Positions 21,430 to 32,435 of a stretch of 64,000 bases of DNA are shown one piece after another. How positions within the stretch are numbered: the first letter of the stretch is position 1; the number at the start of each line of letters is the position of its first letter. Under the pieces are notes generated by a model. The model did not search any database. It had not been told where the DNA came from and saw nothing but the letters and a program-made list of their open reading frames with translations. The translations under genes were made by a program, and so were the position numbers. The DNA is taken from positions 1,248,001 through 1,312,000 of the forward strand of contig OY969767.1 in NCBI GenBank assembly GCA_963702895.1, given 5' to 3'. This DNA is from an uncultured Elusimicrobia bacterium. Lineage in GTDB: Bacteria > Elusimicrobiota > Elusimicrobia > 2-01-FULL-59-12.

Positions 21430-22010
21430 GTTGACACTCCCGTGCGCAGCGTGAGAAAGTTGGCCAAAAGGCTCTTTCCGTCTAAGGTCATAATGGACTC
21501 CGGGTGAAACTGTACTCCCTCGAGGGCTGGTAGGGTCTTGTGCCGTATCCCCATCACTTCGCCTTCTTCGGTCCAAGCGCTGACCTCAAGACAAGATGGA
21601 AGCGTCGCTTTCTCCACGAGCAAAGAATGGTAGCGCGTGGCGGTAAACGGATTTGGAAGTCCCGCAAAAAGCGCCTTCGTATCATGCCAAATGGGGGAGG
21701 TCTTCCCGTGCATGAGACGCTCTGCGCGCACGACCTTGCCACCATAAGCATAGCCAATCGCTTGATGACCCAGACACACACCCAAAACAGGAATTCTTCC
21801 AGCAAAACGCTGTATGGCCTCGACCGAAATACCCGCTGAAGTCGGCTCACCGGGTCCCGGCGAGATCACCAGATGAGAAGGCCTTAGCTCTTCCATACCA
21901 CTCGGGGTAATCGCATCATGGCGAAACACTCGCACATCCTGTCCCATCTCCTGGAAATATTGAACCAGGTTATAGGTGAAAGAGTCGTAGTTGTCGATCA
22001 TGAGAATCAT
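21426..22010 (-). CDS. trpG: Anthranilate synthase component II (glutamine amidotransferase)
   Basis: [23 protein letters not shown] and QFHPES motifs. Confidence 0.95.
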   Translation of the reverse strand: MILMIDNYDSFTYNLVQYFQEMGQDVRVFRHDAITPSGMEELRPSHLVISPGPGEPTSAGISVEAIQRFAGRIPVLGVCLGHQAIGYAYGGKVVRAERLMHGKTSPIWHDTKALFAGLPNPFTATRYHSLLVEKATLPSCLEVSAWTEEGEVMGIRHKTLPALEGVQFHPESIMTLDGKSLLANFLTLRTGVST

Positions 22011-23488
22011 ACGAGCTCCTGTGCCATTTGGACAGCGGCGAAGAGCGCGGCAGCTTTTTGCTGGCATTCCCGGAATTCGCGTTCCGGCACGGAGTCTGCC
22101 ACAATCCCGGCACCGGCCTGCATATACGCTTTCCCCTGACAGAAGACAAGCGTTCGAATCGTAATCGCCATATCCATATCCCCCGTATAGGAATAATAGC
22201 CAATGGACCCGGCGTAGGGCCCGCGTCTGACGGGCTCGAGCTCATCGATGATCTGCATCGCTCGGACCTTCGGGGCGCCGGACACCGTCCCTGCCGGAAA
22301 GCAAGCTTGAAATAGATCAAAGGCATTCGCGGATGCACTCAATTGTCCGGTGACGGATGAAACGAGATGCATCACGTGAGAATATCGCTCGATCGTCATC
22401 AGCTCTGGCACCTGGACCGTGCCGGGTTCACAAACCCTTCCTAAATCGTTACGACCCAGGTCCACTAACATCAAATGTTCGGCACGCTCCTTTGGATCGT
22501 GCTCTAACTCTTTTGCGAGCGCCGCGTCTTCGGCGGGGCTTTCCCCGCGGCGTCTTGTCCCCGCGATGGGTCTTGTTTCAGCGCGTTCCCCCTCCTTGCG
22601 AACGAGGAGTTCAGGACTTGAACCCACCAAATCCACACCGGGAAAGTGAAGCAGGTACATGTAAGGAGAGGGGTTGACCATCCGCAGGGCACGGTAAACC
22701 TGAAAGGGCGTGACCTTAGGGGACATTTCCCATCGCTGAGAAAGCACGACTTGAATGATATCCCCCGCACGAATATAGTCTTTGGCCTTTTCAACCGCGA
22801 GTTCAAACTCGTGCTGCTGGGAGAGTGGTCGCGGCGGTGGCATCGACTTCATGACAGTCTTGGTCGTCGGCCGATGTCTCCCAAGAAGCGAAATCTGACG
22901 GTCAATCGAACGCAAACCCTTTGTATAGAGCCGCTTGAGGGCAGCCGAGGAGGTTGCGTTTTCAGGGATATGGATATTAGCGATGACCTGGGCCGTTTGG
23001 GAGAAGCGGTCAAACGCGACGATTTCCCCGGACAGTTGGAAAGCCCCTGTCGGGCATGAAAGAGCATCCCGTTTGGAGGACGGAAGGTTCTCGAAGAACC
23101 GGACCGTGTCATAGCCCCAGTAGCCTACGGCGCCACCCCAGAAACGAGAGAGATGTGGGTTCGGCGCTGCTTTGATCTTTGAAAAAATCGATTTCAGTTC
23201 TTTTAAAGGGTTCTGAGACTCAAAGCGACGAATACGTCCGGACTCCTCATACGTGATCGAATGGCCGTGGCAAGTAAAAACGGCATGAGGCCTTTGTCCG
23301 ACAAAAGAGTATCTTCCGAAGCGTTCCCCACCCTCAACGCTTTCCAGCAGAAAGGCATAAGGCTCCTTCGCTTGCAGCCGCTCATAGACCGACACGGGTG
23401 TGACACGGTCCACGACGCATTCTTTCGAAATCGCAATCAGATTGTACGTCCGGGCCAGTTTCAAGAACTCCGCAAACGTTGGTGTCAT
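22007..23488 (-). CDS. trpE: Anthranilate synthase component I
   Basis: [22 protein letters not shown] and [11 protein letters not shown] motifs. Confidence 0.96.
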   Translation of the reverse strand: MTPTFAEFLKLARTYNLIAISKECVVDRVTPVSVYERLQAKEPYAFLLESVEGGERFGRYSFVGQRPHAVFTCHGHSITYEESGRIRRFESQNPLKELKSIFSKIKAAPNPHLSRFWGGAVGYWGYDTVRFFENLPSSKRDALSCPTGAFQLSGEIVAFDRFSQTAQVIANIHIPENATSSAALKRLYTKGLRSIDRQISLLGRHRPTTKTVMKSMPPPRPLSQQHEFELAVEKAKDYIRAGDIIQVVLSQRWEMSPKVTPFQVYRALRMVNPSPYMYLLHFPGVDLVGSSPELLVRKEGERAETRPIAGTRRRGESPAEDAALAKELEHDPKERAEHLMLVDLGRNDLGRVCEPGTVQVPELMTIERYSHVMHLVSSVTGQLSASANAFDLFQACFPAGTVSGAPKVRAMQIIDELEPVRRGPYAGSIGYYSYTGDMDMAITIRTLVFCQGKAYMQAGAGIVADSVPEREFRECQQKAAALFAAVQMAQELV

Positions 23489-23997
23489 GGGATCTGAATC
23501 ACCCTGCCCTTGATTTTTGAGAGAGCCAAGAAGAAGATTCGTTCGCCGGTTTGGGAGTCCTTCCAGGTTGTGGAGTCAAGTGACTCGTCCCGGTTGTCGC
23601 CTAGAACAAACACATGGCCCTCCGGCACTTTCAAGGGCCCGAGATTGTCGCCGTCAAGCAGTTCTTCGGGGCGTTTATAAACAACGTACGGCTCTTCTAA
23701 TGGCTTATGGTTTAAAACAACTTTTTTCTCGCGCAATTCGATCGTGTCGCCCTCGAGCGCGATCACACGTTTGATCGATCCTTTCTTGTGATCGACAGGG
23801 CTCAAAAAGACGATGATATCGCCGTGTCGGGGTCGCGAGAAGCGATAAACCAGTCGGTTCACAAGATAATGGGTCCCAACCCCGAGTGTCGGCTCCATGG
23901 ATGCCGAGGCGACGGAGATCGTGTCAATGAGAAACGTCCTCAGGATCAGCGTGATCCCCACCGCCAGGGACACGAGAAAGAGGATTCTCTTGATCAC
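23485..23997 (-). CDS. lepB: Signal peptidase I
   Basis: N-terminal [10 protein letters not shown] (Ser), IKRVIA (Lys) and [10 protein letters not shown] motifs. Confidence 0.93.
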   Translation of the reverse strand: MIKRILFLVSLAVGITLILRTFLIDTISVASASMEPTLGVGTHYLVNRLVYRFSRPRHGDIIVFLSPVDHKKGSIKRVIALEGDTIELREKKVVLNHKPLEEPYVVYKRPEELLDGDNLGPLKVPEGHVFVLGDNRDESLDSTTWKDSQTGERIFFLALSKIKGRVIQIP

Positions 23998-24377
23998 CCG
24001 TAGACCTTTTTGGGGTCAAAAAGTGGTTTGCCCATGGTCTTAAGCCTGGCCCCAGCGACCACTTTACGATAGAAGCATGATCTGTGGCCACTATGGCAGG
24101 CCGCCCTGCCCACTTGCTCGACTTTGATCAGCAAACAGTCCCCATCACAGTCAATCCTGATCTCCTTGACCTTCTGGACATTGCCGGAACTCTCACCTTT
24201 AAGCCAAAATGCGCGACGAGAGCGGCTCCAGAACACGCTTTTTTTGAGCCGCAGGGTGCGCTTGACGGCTTCCCGGTTCATGTAGGCGACCATCAGCACC
24301 GTCCCGTCCTTCGCGTCTTGCACGACAACGGGAATCAGTCTTTTATCATCAAACTTAAGAGTCTGATACAGATTCAT
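23994..24377 (-). CDS. hisI: Phosphoribosyl-AMP cyclohydrolase
   Basis: WSRSR, KGESSG, DCDGD and ACHSG..SCF motifs. Confidence 0.96.
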   Translation of the reverse strand: MNLYQTLKFDDKRLIPVVVQDAKDGTVLMVAYMNREAVKRTLRLKKSVFWSRSRRAFWLKGESSGNVQKVKEIRIDCDGDCLLIKVEQVGRAACHSGHRSCFYRKVVAGARLKTMGKPLFDPKKVYG

Positions 24378-24378
24378 A

Positions 24379-25140
24379 TCACGAGCACCGGACAGCGATT
24401 CCTTTCTTTTTCAGATATTGTTTGAGCTCGCTGATGCGTAGTTCTTTGCGATGAAACAAGGACGCCGCCAGCGCCGCATGGGCATGCCCTTTGGCAAAAG
24501 CGTCAAAGAAATGCGCATTCTTGCCAGCCCCGCCGGAGGCAATGACAGGGATCTTGACTTTCTGGCAAAGAGTACGCAGCAGGGCGATGTCATAGCCTGC
24601 CTGAGTGCCGTCGCGGTCCATCGACGTCAAAAGGATCTCCCCCGCTCCCAGACGTTCGGCTCGCCTGGCCCAGACGATGGCATCGATGCCTGTCTTTTGG
24701 CGACCCCCATAGGTGTAAACATGCCACCCGCCCCCTGATTGTCGTTTGGCGTCAATCGCCACCACGATGCATTGAGACCCGAATCGCCGTGCACCGTTCG
24801 TGATGAGACTCGGTTCTTCAACCGCAGCCGTGTTCAGGGAGACCTTGTCCGCTCCTGCATTCAGCAGGGCCCTCATGTCTTCAACAGTCCTAATCCCTCC
24901 CCCTACCGTGAGCGGAATAAAGACTTGCTCGGCCGTACGCTCGACGACTTTAAGTAAGGTCCCTCGCTTCTCTGCAGAAGCGGTGATGTCAAGAAAGACC
25001 AGCTCATCGGCGCCTTCAACGTTGTAGCGCCTCGCCAATTCAACGGGGTCGCCCGAGTCCACCAAATTGAGGAACCGAGTCCCTTTGACCACACGCCCAG
25101 CATCGACATCGAGGCAGGGAATGATGCGTTTGGCGAGCAT
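24379..25140 (-). CDS. hisF: Imidazole glycerol phosphate synthase cyclase subunit
   Basis: [25 protein letters not shown] and MDRDGT motifs. Confidence 0.97.
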   Translation of the reverse strand: MLAKRIIPCLDVDAGRVVKGTRFLNLVDSGDPVELARRYNVEGADELVFLDITASAEKRGTLLKVVERTAEQVFIPLTVGGGIRTVEDMRALLNAGADKVSLNTAAVEEPSLITNGARRFGSQCIVVAIDAKRQSGGGWHVYTYGGRQKTGIDAIVWARRAERLGAGEILLTSMDRDGTQAGYDIALLRTLCQKVKIPVIASGGAGKNAHFFDAFAKGHAHAALAASLFHRKELRISELKQYLKKKGIAVRCS

Positions 25141-25145
25141 GAGAC

Positions 25146-25874
25146 TTAGCTCCCTGCGACTTGAATGGCCTCTTGCAGGGTGATCTTCTGATCATACAAG
25201 GCCTTACCGATGATCACCCCGTCAAGTCCCAGAGGTTCCAGTTCTTTAAGTTGCCAGAGATCGTCTGCCGTTGTGATCCCTCCCGAGGCAATGACCGATG
25301 TGCCAACAGCTTCCTGCAAGAATAATTGGATGGCGCCGAGATTAGGTCCCGACAAGGTCCCGTCTTTTCGGGTGTCTGTAAAGAGCAGCGATTGGACACC
25401 CAAGTGTTTCATCTTTCGAACCAGCACATCAAACGTAATCGCGGAGATGTCCTTCCAGCCAGACACAGCGACAAAATCTTCAGAGACATCAATGCTCACC
25501 GCGATGGCTTTACCGTATTGTCTGACCGCTTGGGCCACAAGGTCGGGGTTATGAACAGCAGCCGTTCCGAGGACGACTCGGTCAACACCCGCGGCGAAAG
25601 CGGCCGCGATCGTTTCCATGGACCGGAACCCTCCGCCCATCTGGATGGGGATGGACACAATCTTTTTCATGCGTGCCACTTTATCAAGATTAGAAGGGCT
25701 CCCCTGGAAAGCACCATCCAAATCCACGATATGCAGCACGCGCGCCCCTTGTCCCGCCCAAAAGGAAGCCATCTCGACAGGGTCCTTCGAGTAAACCGTC
25801 TTGAGCTCATCGCGCCCCTGATAGAGCCTCACGCATTGGCCATGCCGGATGTCGATCGCTGGGATTACAAGCAC
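25146..25874 (-). CDS. hisA: ProFAR isomerase
   Basis: [21 protein letters not shown] and DGTLSGPN motifs. GTG start at 25874. Confidence 0.96.
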   Translation of the reverse strand: MLVIPAIDIRHGQCVRLYQGRDELKTVYSKDPVEMASFWAGQGARVLHIVDLDGAFQGSPSNLDKVARMKKIVSIPIQMGGGFRSMETIAAAFAAGVDRVVLGTAAVHNPDLVAQAVRQYGKAIAVSIDVSEDFVAVSGWKDISAITFDVLVRKMKHLGVQSLLFTDTRKDGTLSGPNLGAIQLFLQEAVGTSVIASGGITTADDLWQLKELEPLGLDGVIIGKALYDQKITLQEAIQVAGS

Positions 25875-26509
25875 CGTGCGACCTCTTGAACGAAGTTCTT
25901 GAGCAGAAGAAGACCTTGCTGGCCGCTTTTCTCCGGATGAAATTGGCACGCGAACAACCGTTCGAGTGCGACGGAGGAACAAAAAGAGCGGCCGTAGCGT
26001 GTCGCGGTCGCCACAACACCAGGCTTGTCTGGCTGTGGGAAAAACGAATGAACGAAATAAAAATAGGTCCCTGTTCGAAGCCTCCGCAGAAGGGGTGTGT
26101 GGACGGTCTGGGATTTCTCAATCTGATTCCATCCCATATGGGGCACTTTAAGATAGGCGTTCATCGAACAAGGAAACCGAAGAACGCGGCCCTTCAAGAA
26201 TCCCAGCCCCTTCTCGCGTGGACTTTCTTCGCTGGATTCAAAGAGAAGCTGCAAGCCCAAACAAATCCCAAGGAACGGTTTGCGCCGCTCAAGAGCATGG
26301 CCAAGAGCACCCATCAGTCTTAATCGTGTAAGCCGTTTCACCGCCTCACCAAAGGCCCCGACGCCCGGCAAAACAACAGCGGATGCTTGACGAATAAGAG
26401 CCGGAGAGCTTGTGACCTTGACCCGCCCTCCAACGATTTCGAGGGCTTTGCTCACACTGTGGAGATTGCCCATCTCATAGTCGACCACAGCAATCAGTGG
26501 CTTGTTCAT
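25865..26509 (-). CDS. hisH: Imidazole glycerol phosphate synthase glutaminase subunit
   Basis: GNLHSV, LPGVG, GICLG, PHMGWN and QFHPEKS motifs. Confidence 0.96.
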   Translation of the reverse strand: MNKPLIAVVDYEMGNLHSVSKALEIVGGRVKVTSSPALIRQASAVVLPGVGAFGEAVKRLTRLRLMGALGHALERRKPFLGICLGLQLLFESSEESPREKGLGFLKGRVLRFPCSMNAYLKVPHMGWNQIEKSQTVHTPLLRRLRTGTYFYFVHSFFPQPDKPGVVATATRYGRSFCSSVALERLFACQFHPEKSGQQGLLLLKNFVQEVARCL

Positions 26510-27702
26510 CTCGACATCCTCAAGCGTAGCGACGCGGCGTGATTTTCCATCCCTTCGGTTTGTCCCATGACCAACGCCGCCTCCCAATCCGGCTTTTCTG
26601 CTGGTTGGGCGGCATAGGCGATGACGCTTGAACGTTTAAAGAAACTCGCCACAGACAGGCCACTGGAATATCTCGCGGAACGGTTGGTAGGCAGGACATG
26701 CGAGGGGCCTGCCACATAGTCTCCGAGGGCCGCCGGGGTGGTAGGCCCGAGAAAAATCGCGCCCGCATGCCGGATGTGCGGCAAGACTTTCTTTGCGTCT
26801 CGAAAGAGCAGTTCGAGATGCTCCGGCGCGATCTCGTTGGCAAGCTCGATGGCTTTCGGAATGGAGTTAACGTAACGTAATTCCACCCGCTTCATCAGAT
26901 CCCTTGAGAGCCGCTCTTGCACGCGCTTGATCAGGAGCCGATCGGTCGAGAGCAGGAGAGATCGCGCTTCGGGATCATGCTCCGCCTGAGCTTGGAGATC
27001 GAGTTGTACGTATTCCACGGGAGTGTCCCGGTCAGCGACAATGACCACTTCGCTTGGGCCCGCTAAAGAATCGATACCGACATCACCAAAAACCTGTCTC
27101 TTCGCTTCTGTCACATATTGATTGCCAGGGCCAACGATGAAATCGACTTTTTGTATGCGCCGGGTCCCGTAGGCTAGCGCCGCGATGGCGCCGGGGCCAC
27201 CCACACGGTAGACCGCTTCACACCCTGCCAATTGAGCTGCCACGAGAACTTCGGGGGTAAGGTTCTTGGACGGGCTGGCCATCACGATACGCCGAACACC
27301 CGCCACCCGGGCAGGGATGGCGCTCATCAGAACAGTAGAAGGATAGGGGAATCGTCCGCCCGGAATGTAGAGGCCCGCGCTCTCGACAGGCCGAATCAGT
27401 TGACCGACGGAAACGGTGCCATGCGCGAACAGCCAACTTTTGCTGAGCCGCTTGAGTTCATAAAGTGCAAAAGCTTCAATGCTTTTAGCGCATTTCTTAA
27501 TCGCTTTTAGATAGGAATCGGAAACGTACTTATGAGCGCTCGCAAGTTCCTGTTTGGACAAAACGATTTGGCTTGGGGAAAGCCGAACATGGTCATACTG
27601 TTCTGCTAACTCACAAAGAGCACGATCCCCCCGCCTGCGGACGGATTTGATGATCTTGCGGACGATGACGGATGGCTCACTCATAGTATCGAATTTTATC
27701 AA
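26506..27702 (-). CDS. hisD: Histidinol dehydrogenase
   Basis: GPGNQYVTEAK, AGPSE, QAEHD, APEHL and GDYVAGPSHVLPT motifs. Confidence 0.96.
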   Translation of the reverse strand: MIKFDTMSEPSVIVRKIIKSVRRRGDRALCELAEQYDHVRLSPSQIVLSKQELASAHKYVSDSYLKAIKKCAKSIEAFALYELKRLSKSWLFAHGTVSVGQLIRPVESAGLYIPGGRFPYPSTVLMSAIPARVAGVRRIVMASPSKNLTPEVLVAAQLAGCEAVYRVGGPGAIAALAYGTRRIQKVDFIVGPGNQYVTEAKRQVFGDVGIDSLAGPSEVVIVADRDTPVEYVQLDLQAQAEHDPEARSLLLSTDRLLIKRVQERLSRDLMKRVELRYVNSIPKAIELANEIAPEHLELLFRDAKKVLPHIRHAGAIFLGPTTPAALGDYVAGPSHVLPTNRSARYSSGLSVASFFKRSSVIAYAAQPAEKPDWEAALVMGQTEGMENHAASLRLRMSR

Positions 27703-27716
27703 AAAGACAATGTGTT

Positions 27717-28970
27717 TTACTCTTCGGATCGGGTGATGTTTGCTCCGAGTGAAGTAAGTTTTCTTTCCAGATCTTCATAACCGCGGTCTAAGTGATAGAG
27801 CCGGTGAATGACCGTTCGTCCCTTCGCCGCTAAAGCAGCCAGGACCAAGGCGGCGCCAGCGCGCAAATCAGAAACCATCACGTCAGCGCCAGAGAGCGAA
27901 TCAACACCCTGGATGGTCGCCGTGTTTCCCTTTGCCTGGATCTTCGCACCCATGCGCTGAAGTTCTGGCACATGCATAAATCGGTTCTCAAAGACCTGCT
28001 CCGTGACCTGCGAGACACCCTCCGCCAAGGACATCAGGGCCATCCACTGCGCCTGCAAATCGGTTGGAAATCCCGGATGGACAGCCGTTTCGACGCTGAC
28101 GGCGCGAATGGTTTTGGGTCCCAGGACACGGATCGAGTCGCCGGCGTCTTCGATCGAGGCACCGGCCTCTCTCATTTTGGCCATCAAGGCCACCAGATGC
28201 GAGGGACAGACCTGTCGAAGCCAGACATCACCTCGGGTCATGGCGGAGGCGATCATGTAGCTGCCGGTTTCAATTCGATCCGGGATGACTTCATGCGACG
28301 CACCCGAGAGGCGCTTCACGCCCTCGATCTGGATCCGTTCGGTCCCAGCACCACGTACTCGGGCTCCCATCGCGTTGAGGAATTCGGCCAGATCTTCGAT
28401 TTCCGGTTCACGTGCGGCGTTGTGGAGATCGGTTTGACCTTCGACAAGCGTGGCCGCCATCATGAGGTTCTCCGTCGCTCCCACACTCGGAAAATCGAGA
28501 TGGATGGCTGCGCTGTGCAAGCGTTGAGAAGAGACTTCCACATAGCCCTGTTCGAGCCCAACCTCAGCACCCAAACGCTTGAAGCCCTCAAGATGCAGGT
28601 TGATGGGGCGCCCACCAATGGCACAGCCACCGGGCAATGACGCCTTGACCTTGCCGAGACGGGCGAGCAGCGGCCCCATCACGACAATACTCGCCCGCAT
28701 TTTGCGCACCAGCTCGTACGGCGCCTCAGCGTAAAGCGTCGGCCCGGCGCTCACTTCGACCACTGGACCATTCCGGACCACATGCTTCCCGAGAAAAACA
28801 AGGAGGGCTATCACGGTCTCGATATCATCCAAACGGGGAACGTTCCGGATCACACACGGCTCGTCGGTTAAGAGCGTGGCAATCAAGATAGGCAGGGCTG
28901 CGTTTTTGGACCCTGAGACCGTGATTTCTCCCTGAAGCCTGTGGCCGCCTTCGATGGTGAATATATCCAT
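27717..28970 (-). CDS. murA: UDP-N-acetylglucosamine 1-carboxyvinyltransferase
   Basis: SGSKNAALP, PGGCAIG and HPGFPTDLQ motifs. Confidence 0.98.
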   Translation of the reverse strand: MDIFTIEGGHRLQGEITVSGSKNAALPILIATLLTDEPCVIRNVPRLDDIETVIALLVFLGKHVVRNGPVVEVSAGPTLYAEAPYELVRKMRASIVVMGPLLARLGKVKASLPGGCAIGGRPINLHLEGFKRLGAEVGLEQGYVEVSSQRLHSAAIHLDFPSVGATENLMMAATLVEGQTDLHNAAREPEIEDLAEFLNAMGARVRGAGTERIQIEGVKRLSGASHEVIPDRIETGSYMIASAMTRGDVWLRQVCPSHLVALMAKMREAGASIEDAGDSIRVLGPKTIRAVSVETAVHPGFPTDLQAQWMALMSLAEGVSQVTEQVFENRFMHVPELQRMGAKIQAKGNTATIQGVDSLSGADVMVSDLRAGAALVLAALAAKGRTVIHRLYHLDRGYEDLERKLTSLGANITRSEE

Positions 28971-28973
28971 GGA

Positions 28974-29840
28974 TTATCCCTTTCCTCGGGCCACCACAAC
29001 GCGCGGCAGTCCTGCCAAGTCTTGATGGATGATGATATCGCGCCAATGACCTTCTTGTTCCAGGATCTGCCGCACGTCATCCGCTTGGTCAAAGCCAATC
29101 TCAAGGACGAGCGCCCCGCCAGGCTTCATCAGGAACTTGGCCTGCTGAATGCAGGGCTCGATCAGCCGGAGCCCATCAGGACCACCATCCAAGGCCATCG
29201 CCGGCTCCCATTGTACTTCGGGTTCCAACGTCGGTATGACGCTGGAACGGACATAAGGAAGATTGGCAGCAATGAGGTCAACCTTCAGGCCACTCTCTTT
29301 GAGACCGAAGAGCAAATCAGCGTGCCGCCACTCGATCGGGATGCGTGTGCCGATATGCGCCGCATTTTGCCTCGCCACAAGCAGAGCTTCTGCGGACTTT
29401 TCGATGGCCATCACACGCTTTAACGTTGCATGGCCCGAGAGAGCAACGGCAATATTGCCTGAGCCGGTCCCCACATCGATGACGGTCTCGGGACGGCCCA
29501 TTTGGCCCAGGAGCTCCAGGCCTTGTTCGACGAGTAATTCTGTCTCAGGTCGGGGCACCAGCACGGACGTCTGGACCTTCAGGCTCAAGTCACAGAAGGC
29601 TTGCTCCCCTGACACATAGGCGAGCGGCATTCGATCTTGGCGTTTTTTGACCCAGGCGCGTATGCCATCGCATTGGGCTTCAGACAGAAGGGTCTGTCGA
29701 TCAAGGACCAGCCTGGCGCGAGGAATACGCAAAAAGGCAGCAATCAGGAACTCCGATTCCCGCCTTGGCTGATCGATCTTGGCCCGCGAGAGCGCGCGTT
29801 CGGAGAGCGTAATCATGGAGGCGACCGTTGTCATGGTCAC
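28974..29840 (-). CDS. prmC: Release factor glutamine methyltransferase
   Basis: VLVPRPETE, DVGTGSG and NLPY motifs; follows prfA. Confidence 0.95.
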   Translation of the reverse strand: MTMTTVASMITLSERALSRAKIDQPRRESEFLIAAFLRIPRARLVLDRQTLLSEAQCDGIRAWVKKRQDRMPLAYVSGEQAFCDLSLKVQTSVLVPRPETELLVEQGLELLGQMGRPETVIDVGTGSGNIAVALSGHATLKRVMAIEKSAEALLVARQNAAHIGTRIPIEWRHADLLFGLKESGLKVDLIAANLPYVRSSVIPTLEPEVQWEPAMALDGGPDGLRLIEPCIQQAKFLMKPGGALVLEIGFDQADDVRQILEQEGHWRDIIIHQDLAGLPRVVVARGKG

Positions 29841-30922
29841 GGATGATCTCGGGTCGCGAGCTCTGTCAAAAGGCGTTCTTCTTCCCGCTTCTGGAGTTCC
29901 TGAATGAGGGGATCCAGACGACCTTCCATAACGGCAGGTAAATTATGAAGATTAAAGTTAATGCGATGATCCGTAATGCGGTCCTGAGGGAAGTTATAGG
30001 TCCGGATCTTTTCAGACCGGTCCCCCGTACCGACCTGATTACGTCGGTTTTGTGAGATGTCCTGAGCTTGCTTCTCCTGGACTTGAGCCAGGAGCTTGGA
30101 GCGCAAAAGTTTCATCGCCTTGACGCGGTTTTTTCCTTGACTGCGCTCGTCCTGACAGGCCACCACGATACCACTGGGAATATGGGTAATACGGATGGCG
30201 CTCTCGGTCTTGTTCACATGCTGGCCACCCGCACCTGAGGCTCGATAGGTATCGATGCGCAGCTCCGAGGGATCGATGCGAACATCCACGTCCTCTGCTT
30301 CAGGCAGGACGGCGACGGTGGCGGTACTCGTATGGATACGGCCGCTGGCCTCCGTGACCGGCACACGTTGGACTCTGTGGACGCCACGTTCATACTTGAA
30401 TGACGACCAAACACCAGCACCTGAGATCTGGACCACGACTTCTTTGATCCCGCCACGCTCGGAAACGCTGGAGTCCATGGGTTCCACAACCCAGCCATGC
30501 GCTTCCGCAAAACGAGTGTACATTCGCAAGAGGTCCGAGGCGAACAACCCCGCCTCATCCCCGCCGGCGCCCGCTCTGATTTCGAGAATGATATTTCGCT
30601 CTTGATTGGGATCTTTGGGCACCAGAGCGAGTTGGAGAGTCTTCTCAAGTTCAAGGCGTTCCGCCTCCAATCGAGGGAGCTCCTCAGCAGCGAGATGCTG
30701 GAGATCGGTGTCCTGGGTCTTGAGGAGACCCAGAAGGTCATCTTGTTCCTGGAGACACTTTCTGTAGCGTTTGAATTTTTCGATGAGAGGCGCAAGGCGG
30801 GCATGCTCACGACTCAGGCTCTGGAGTTTGTCGGGATTGCCCGAGACTTCAGCTGAGGCGAGCTCCTGTTCGATGTGCGCCAGGCGATTTTTTAGGTTTT
30901 CAAGCGGTTTAATCAGATCCAT
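29837..30922 (-). CDS. prfA: Peptide chain release factor 1
   Basis: PVT anticodon motif, GGQ and RTYNFPQ motifs. Confidence 0.98.
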   Translation of the reverse strand: MDLIKPLENLKNRLAHIEQELASAEVSGNPDKLQSLSREHARLAPLIEKFKRYRKCLQEQDDLLGLLKTQDTDLQHLAAEELPRLEAERLELEKTLQLALVPKDPNQERNIILEIRAGAGGDEAGLFASDLLRMYTRFAEAHGWVVEPMDSSVSERGGIKEVVVQISGAGVWSSFKYERGVHRVQRVPVTEASGRIHTSTATVAVLPEAEDVDVRIDPSELRIDTYRASGAGGQHVNKTESAIRITHIPSGIVVACQDERSQGKNRVKAMKLLRSKLLAQVQEKQAQDISQNRRNQVGTGDRSEKIRTYNFPQDRITDHRINFNLHNLPAVMEGRLDPLIQELQKREEERLLTELATRDHP

Positions 30923-30935
30923 AAGCCCCCCCAAA

Positions 30936-30968
30936 TAAAAAAAACAGCCCCTGGAGGACCAGGAGCTG
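30936..30968 (-). terminator. Intrinsic terminator between rpmE and prfA
   Basis: Minus strand reads CAGCTCCTGG-TCCT-CCAGGGGCTG followed by T8. Confidence 0.8.
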
Positions 30969-30986
30969 CTTCGGACAAAATATCAG

Positions 30987-31352
30987 CTAATGAGCTTTCG
31001 TCGTGGCGGGCTTGGCCGTGACTTTTGAGGCGGCACCTGGCGCGGATTTGGCTTTGACGGGCGCTGAACTCAGAATTTTCACATTCTTTTTCGGAGCCGC
31101 TTTTTGGCCTTTGGCCACGACATGGGTCTTCTTGGACTTCACTGTTTCTCCACCGGTTTTCGCAAATCGCTTCTGGAAGCGCTCCACTCGCCCTGCGGTA
31201 TCGACAAATTTCTGGCGACCGGTAAAGAAGGGATGACAATTCGAGCAGATTTCCAATTTGATGATGGAGCGTGTCGAGCGTGTAACAAATGAGTTGCCGC
31301 AAGCACAAGTGACTGTGCATTCCACATAATCCGGATGGATGCCTGTTTTCAC
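30987..31352 (-). CDS. rpmE: 50S ribosomal protein L31 (Zn-binding type) with Lys/Ala-rich C-terminal extension
   Basis: [22 protein letters not shown] and GRVERF motifs. GTG start at 31352. Confidence 0.96.
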   Translation of the reverse strand: MKTGIHPDYVECTVTCACGNSFVTRSTRSIIKLEICSNCHPFFTGRQKFVDTAGRVERFQKRFAKTGGETVKSKKTHVVAKGQKAAPKKNVKILSSAPVKAKSAPGAASKVTAKPATTKAH

Positions 31353-31442
31353 GTCGAATTCCTCTTTCACTGATGTGGCGGAGACACCGCCTATTTCGTA
31401 CGACGCCAGATGGGGTCGTTCTCAGGCGTGGATTATAACAAA

Positions 31443-32384
31443 TTACAAATAGTTGTTCGGATTAGCGGCTCGGCCTGATTCGTCGCGGACTTCAAAGTGA
31501 AGATGCGACCCCGTGGTCATCCCCGTGGAACCTACTCGGCCGATGAGTTGGTAGAGACGCACCCGCTGGCCTTGCTGAACAAGGATATCGGAGAGATGAC
31601 CGTAACGGGTGTAGAGGACCCGTGTGCCAGATTTGCGCTTAATGACATGGCGAATCTCAATCATATTGCCGTAGCTGCCCAGCCATCCTGCAAAGGTGAC
31701 GGTTCCTTCCCTGGCGGTGAGCACGGGGCTGCCATACGGCTTCGCTAAATCGACTCCGGAATGCATCCGCCGGGTCTGCAGGACGGGATGCCGCCGAGAT
31801 CCATAGGAGGAGGTCCGACGAAAGTGCATGTCCCGAAAGGGGAGCCCGAGGCCCGTTGGTTTAAAGGCGAGCGGCAGAAATAGGCAGGTCCCTGGTTTAA
31901 AACAGAACGTTGGATCTTTGAAATCCGGCTGTGGGAAGTCATTGGCTTGAAGGATCTCCGACTCGTAGGCCGCGCCGAGCGTTTTCCCCCGGGAGTAACC
32001 TTGGCTGATGACGCGAAGGGTCTCAGGTTTTTCGACCTCATACAAGGTTCCCTTTTGGCTGGGAATCCTGAGGACGGTACCCTCTTGAAAGACCGACACG
32101 TCCAGATCATTCGAGCTGCGGATCGTGAAGGGATCGGTTTTGAAACGTTTGGAGAGGGACCATAGGTCTTCACGGCCTCTGAGGCGATAGGTGATGATGA
32201 CTGGTTTTTGGAGCTTATGGATCTGATCGATGGCCGGTGTCGATGGCACCTGCGTAAGGAGGAGCGCTTGAGAATAGGCTGACGGGGGCAGAGCCGCCTC
32301 CGAAGTGGATTGGAAAAGATAAACGAAGGGAAACACAAACATGCCACCGATCAGAAGCTGGACAGCGAAAAGCGTCTTCTTCAT
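31443..32384 (-). CDS. M23 family peptidase with degenerate LysM-like repeats
   Basis: N-terminal hydrophobic anchor; HSGVD, YGH and HLHFE motifs. Confidence 0.9.
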   Translation of the reverse strand: MKKTLFAVQLLIGGMFVFPFVYLFQSTSEAALPPSAYSQALLLTQVPSTPAIDQIHKLQKPVIITYRLRGREDLWSLSKRFKTDPFTIRSSNDLDVSVFQEGTVLRIPSQKGTLYEVEKPETLRVISQGYSRGKTLGAAYESEILQANDFPQPDFKDPTFCFKPGTCLFLPLAFKPTGLGLPFRDMHFRRTSSYGSRRHPVLQTRRMHSGVDLAKPYGSPVLTAREGTVTFAGWLGSYGNMIEIRHVIKRKSGTRVLYTRYGHLSDILVQQGQRVRLYQLIGRVGSTGMTTGSHLHFEVRDESGRAANPNNYL

Positions 32385-32435
32385 GCCTTATCCTTAACAG
32401 AATCGGCAAGGGAAGTCAAGATAGGGATCGGTCGG

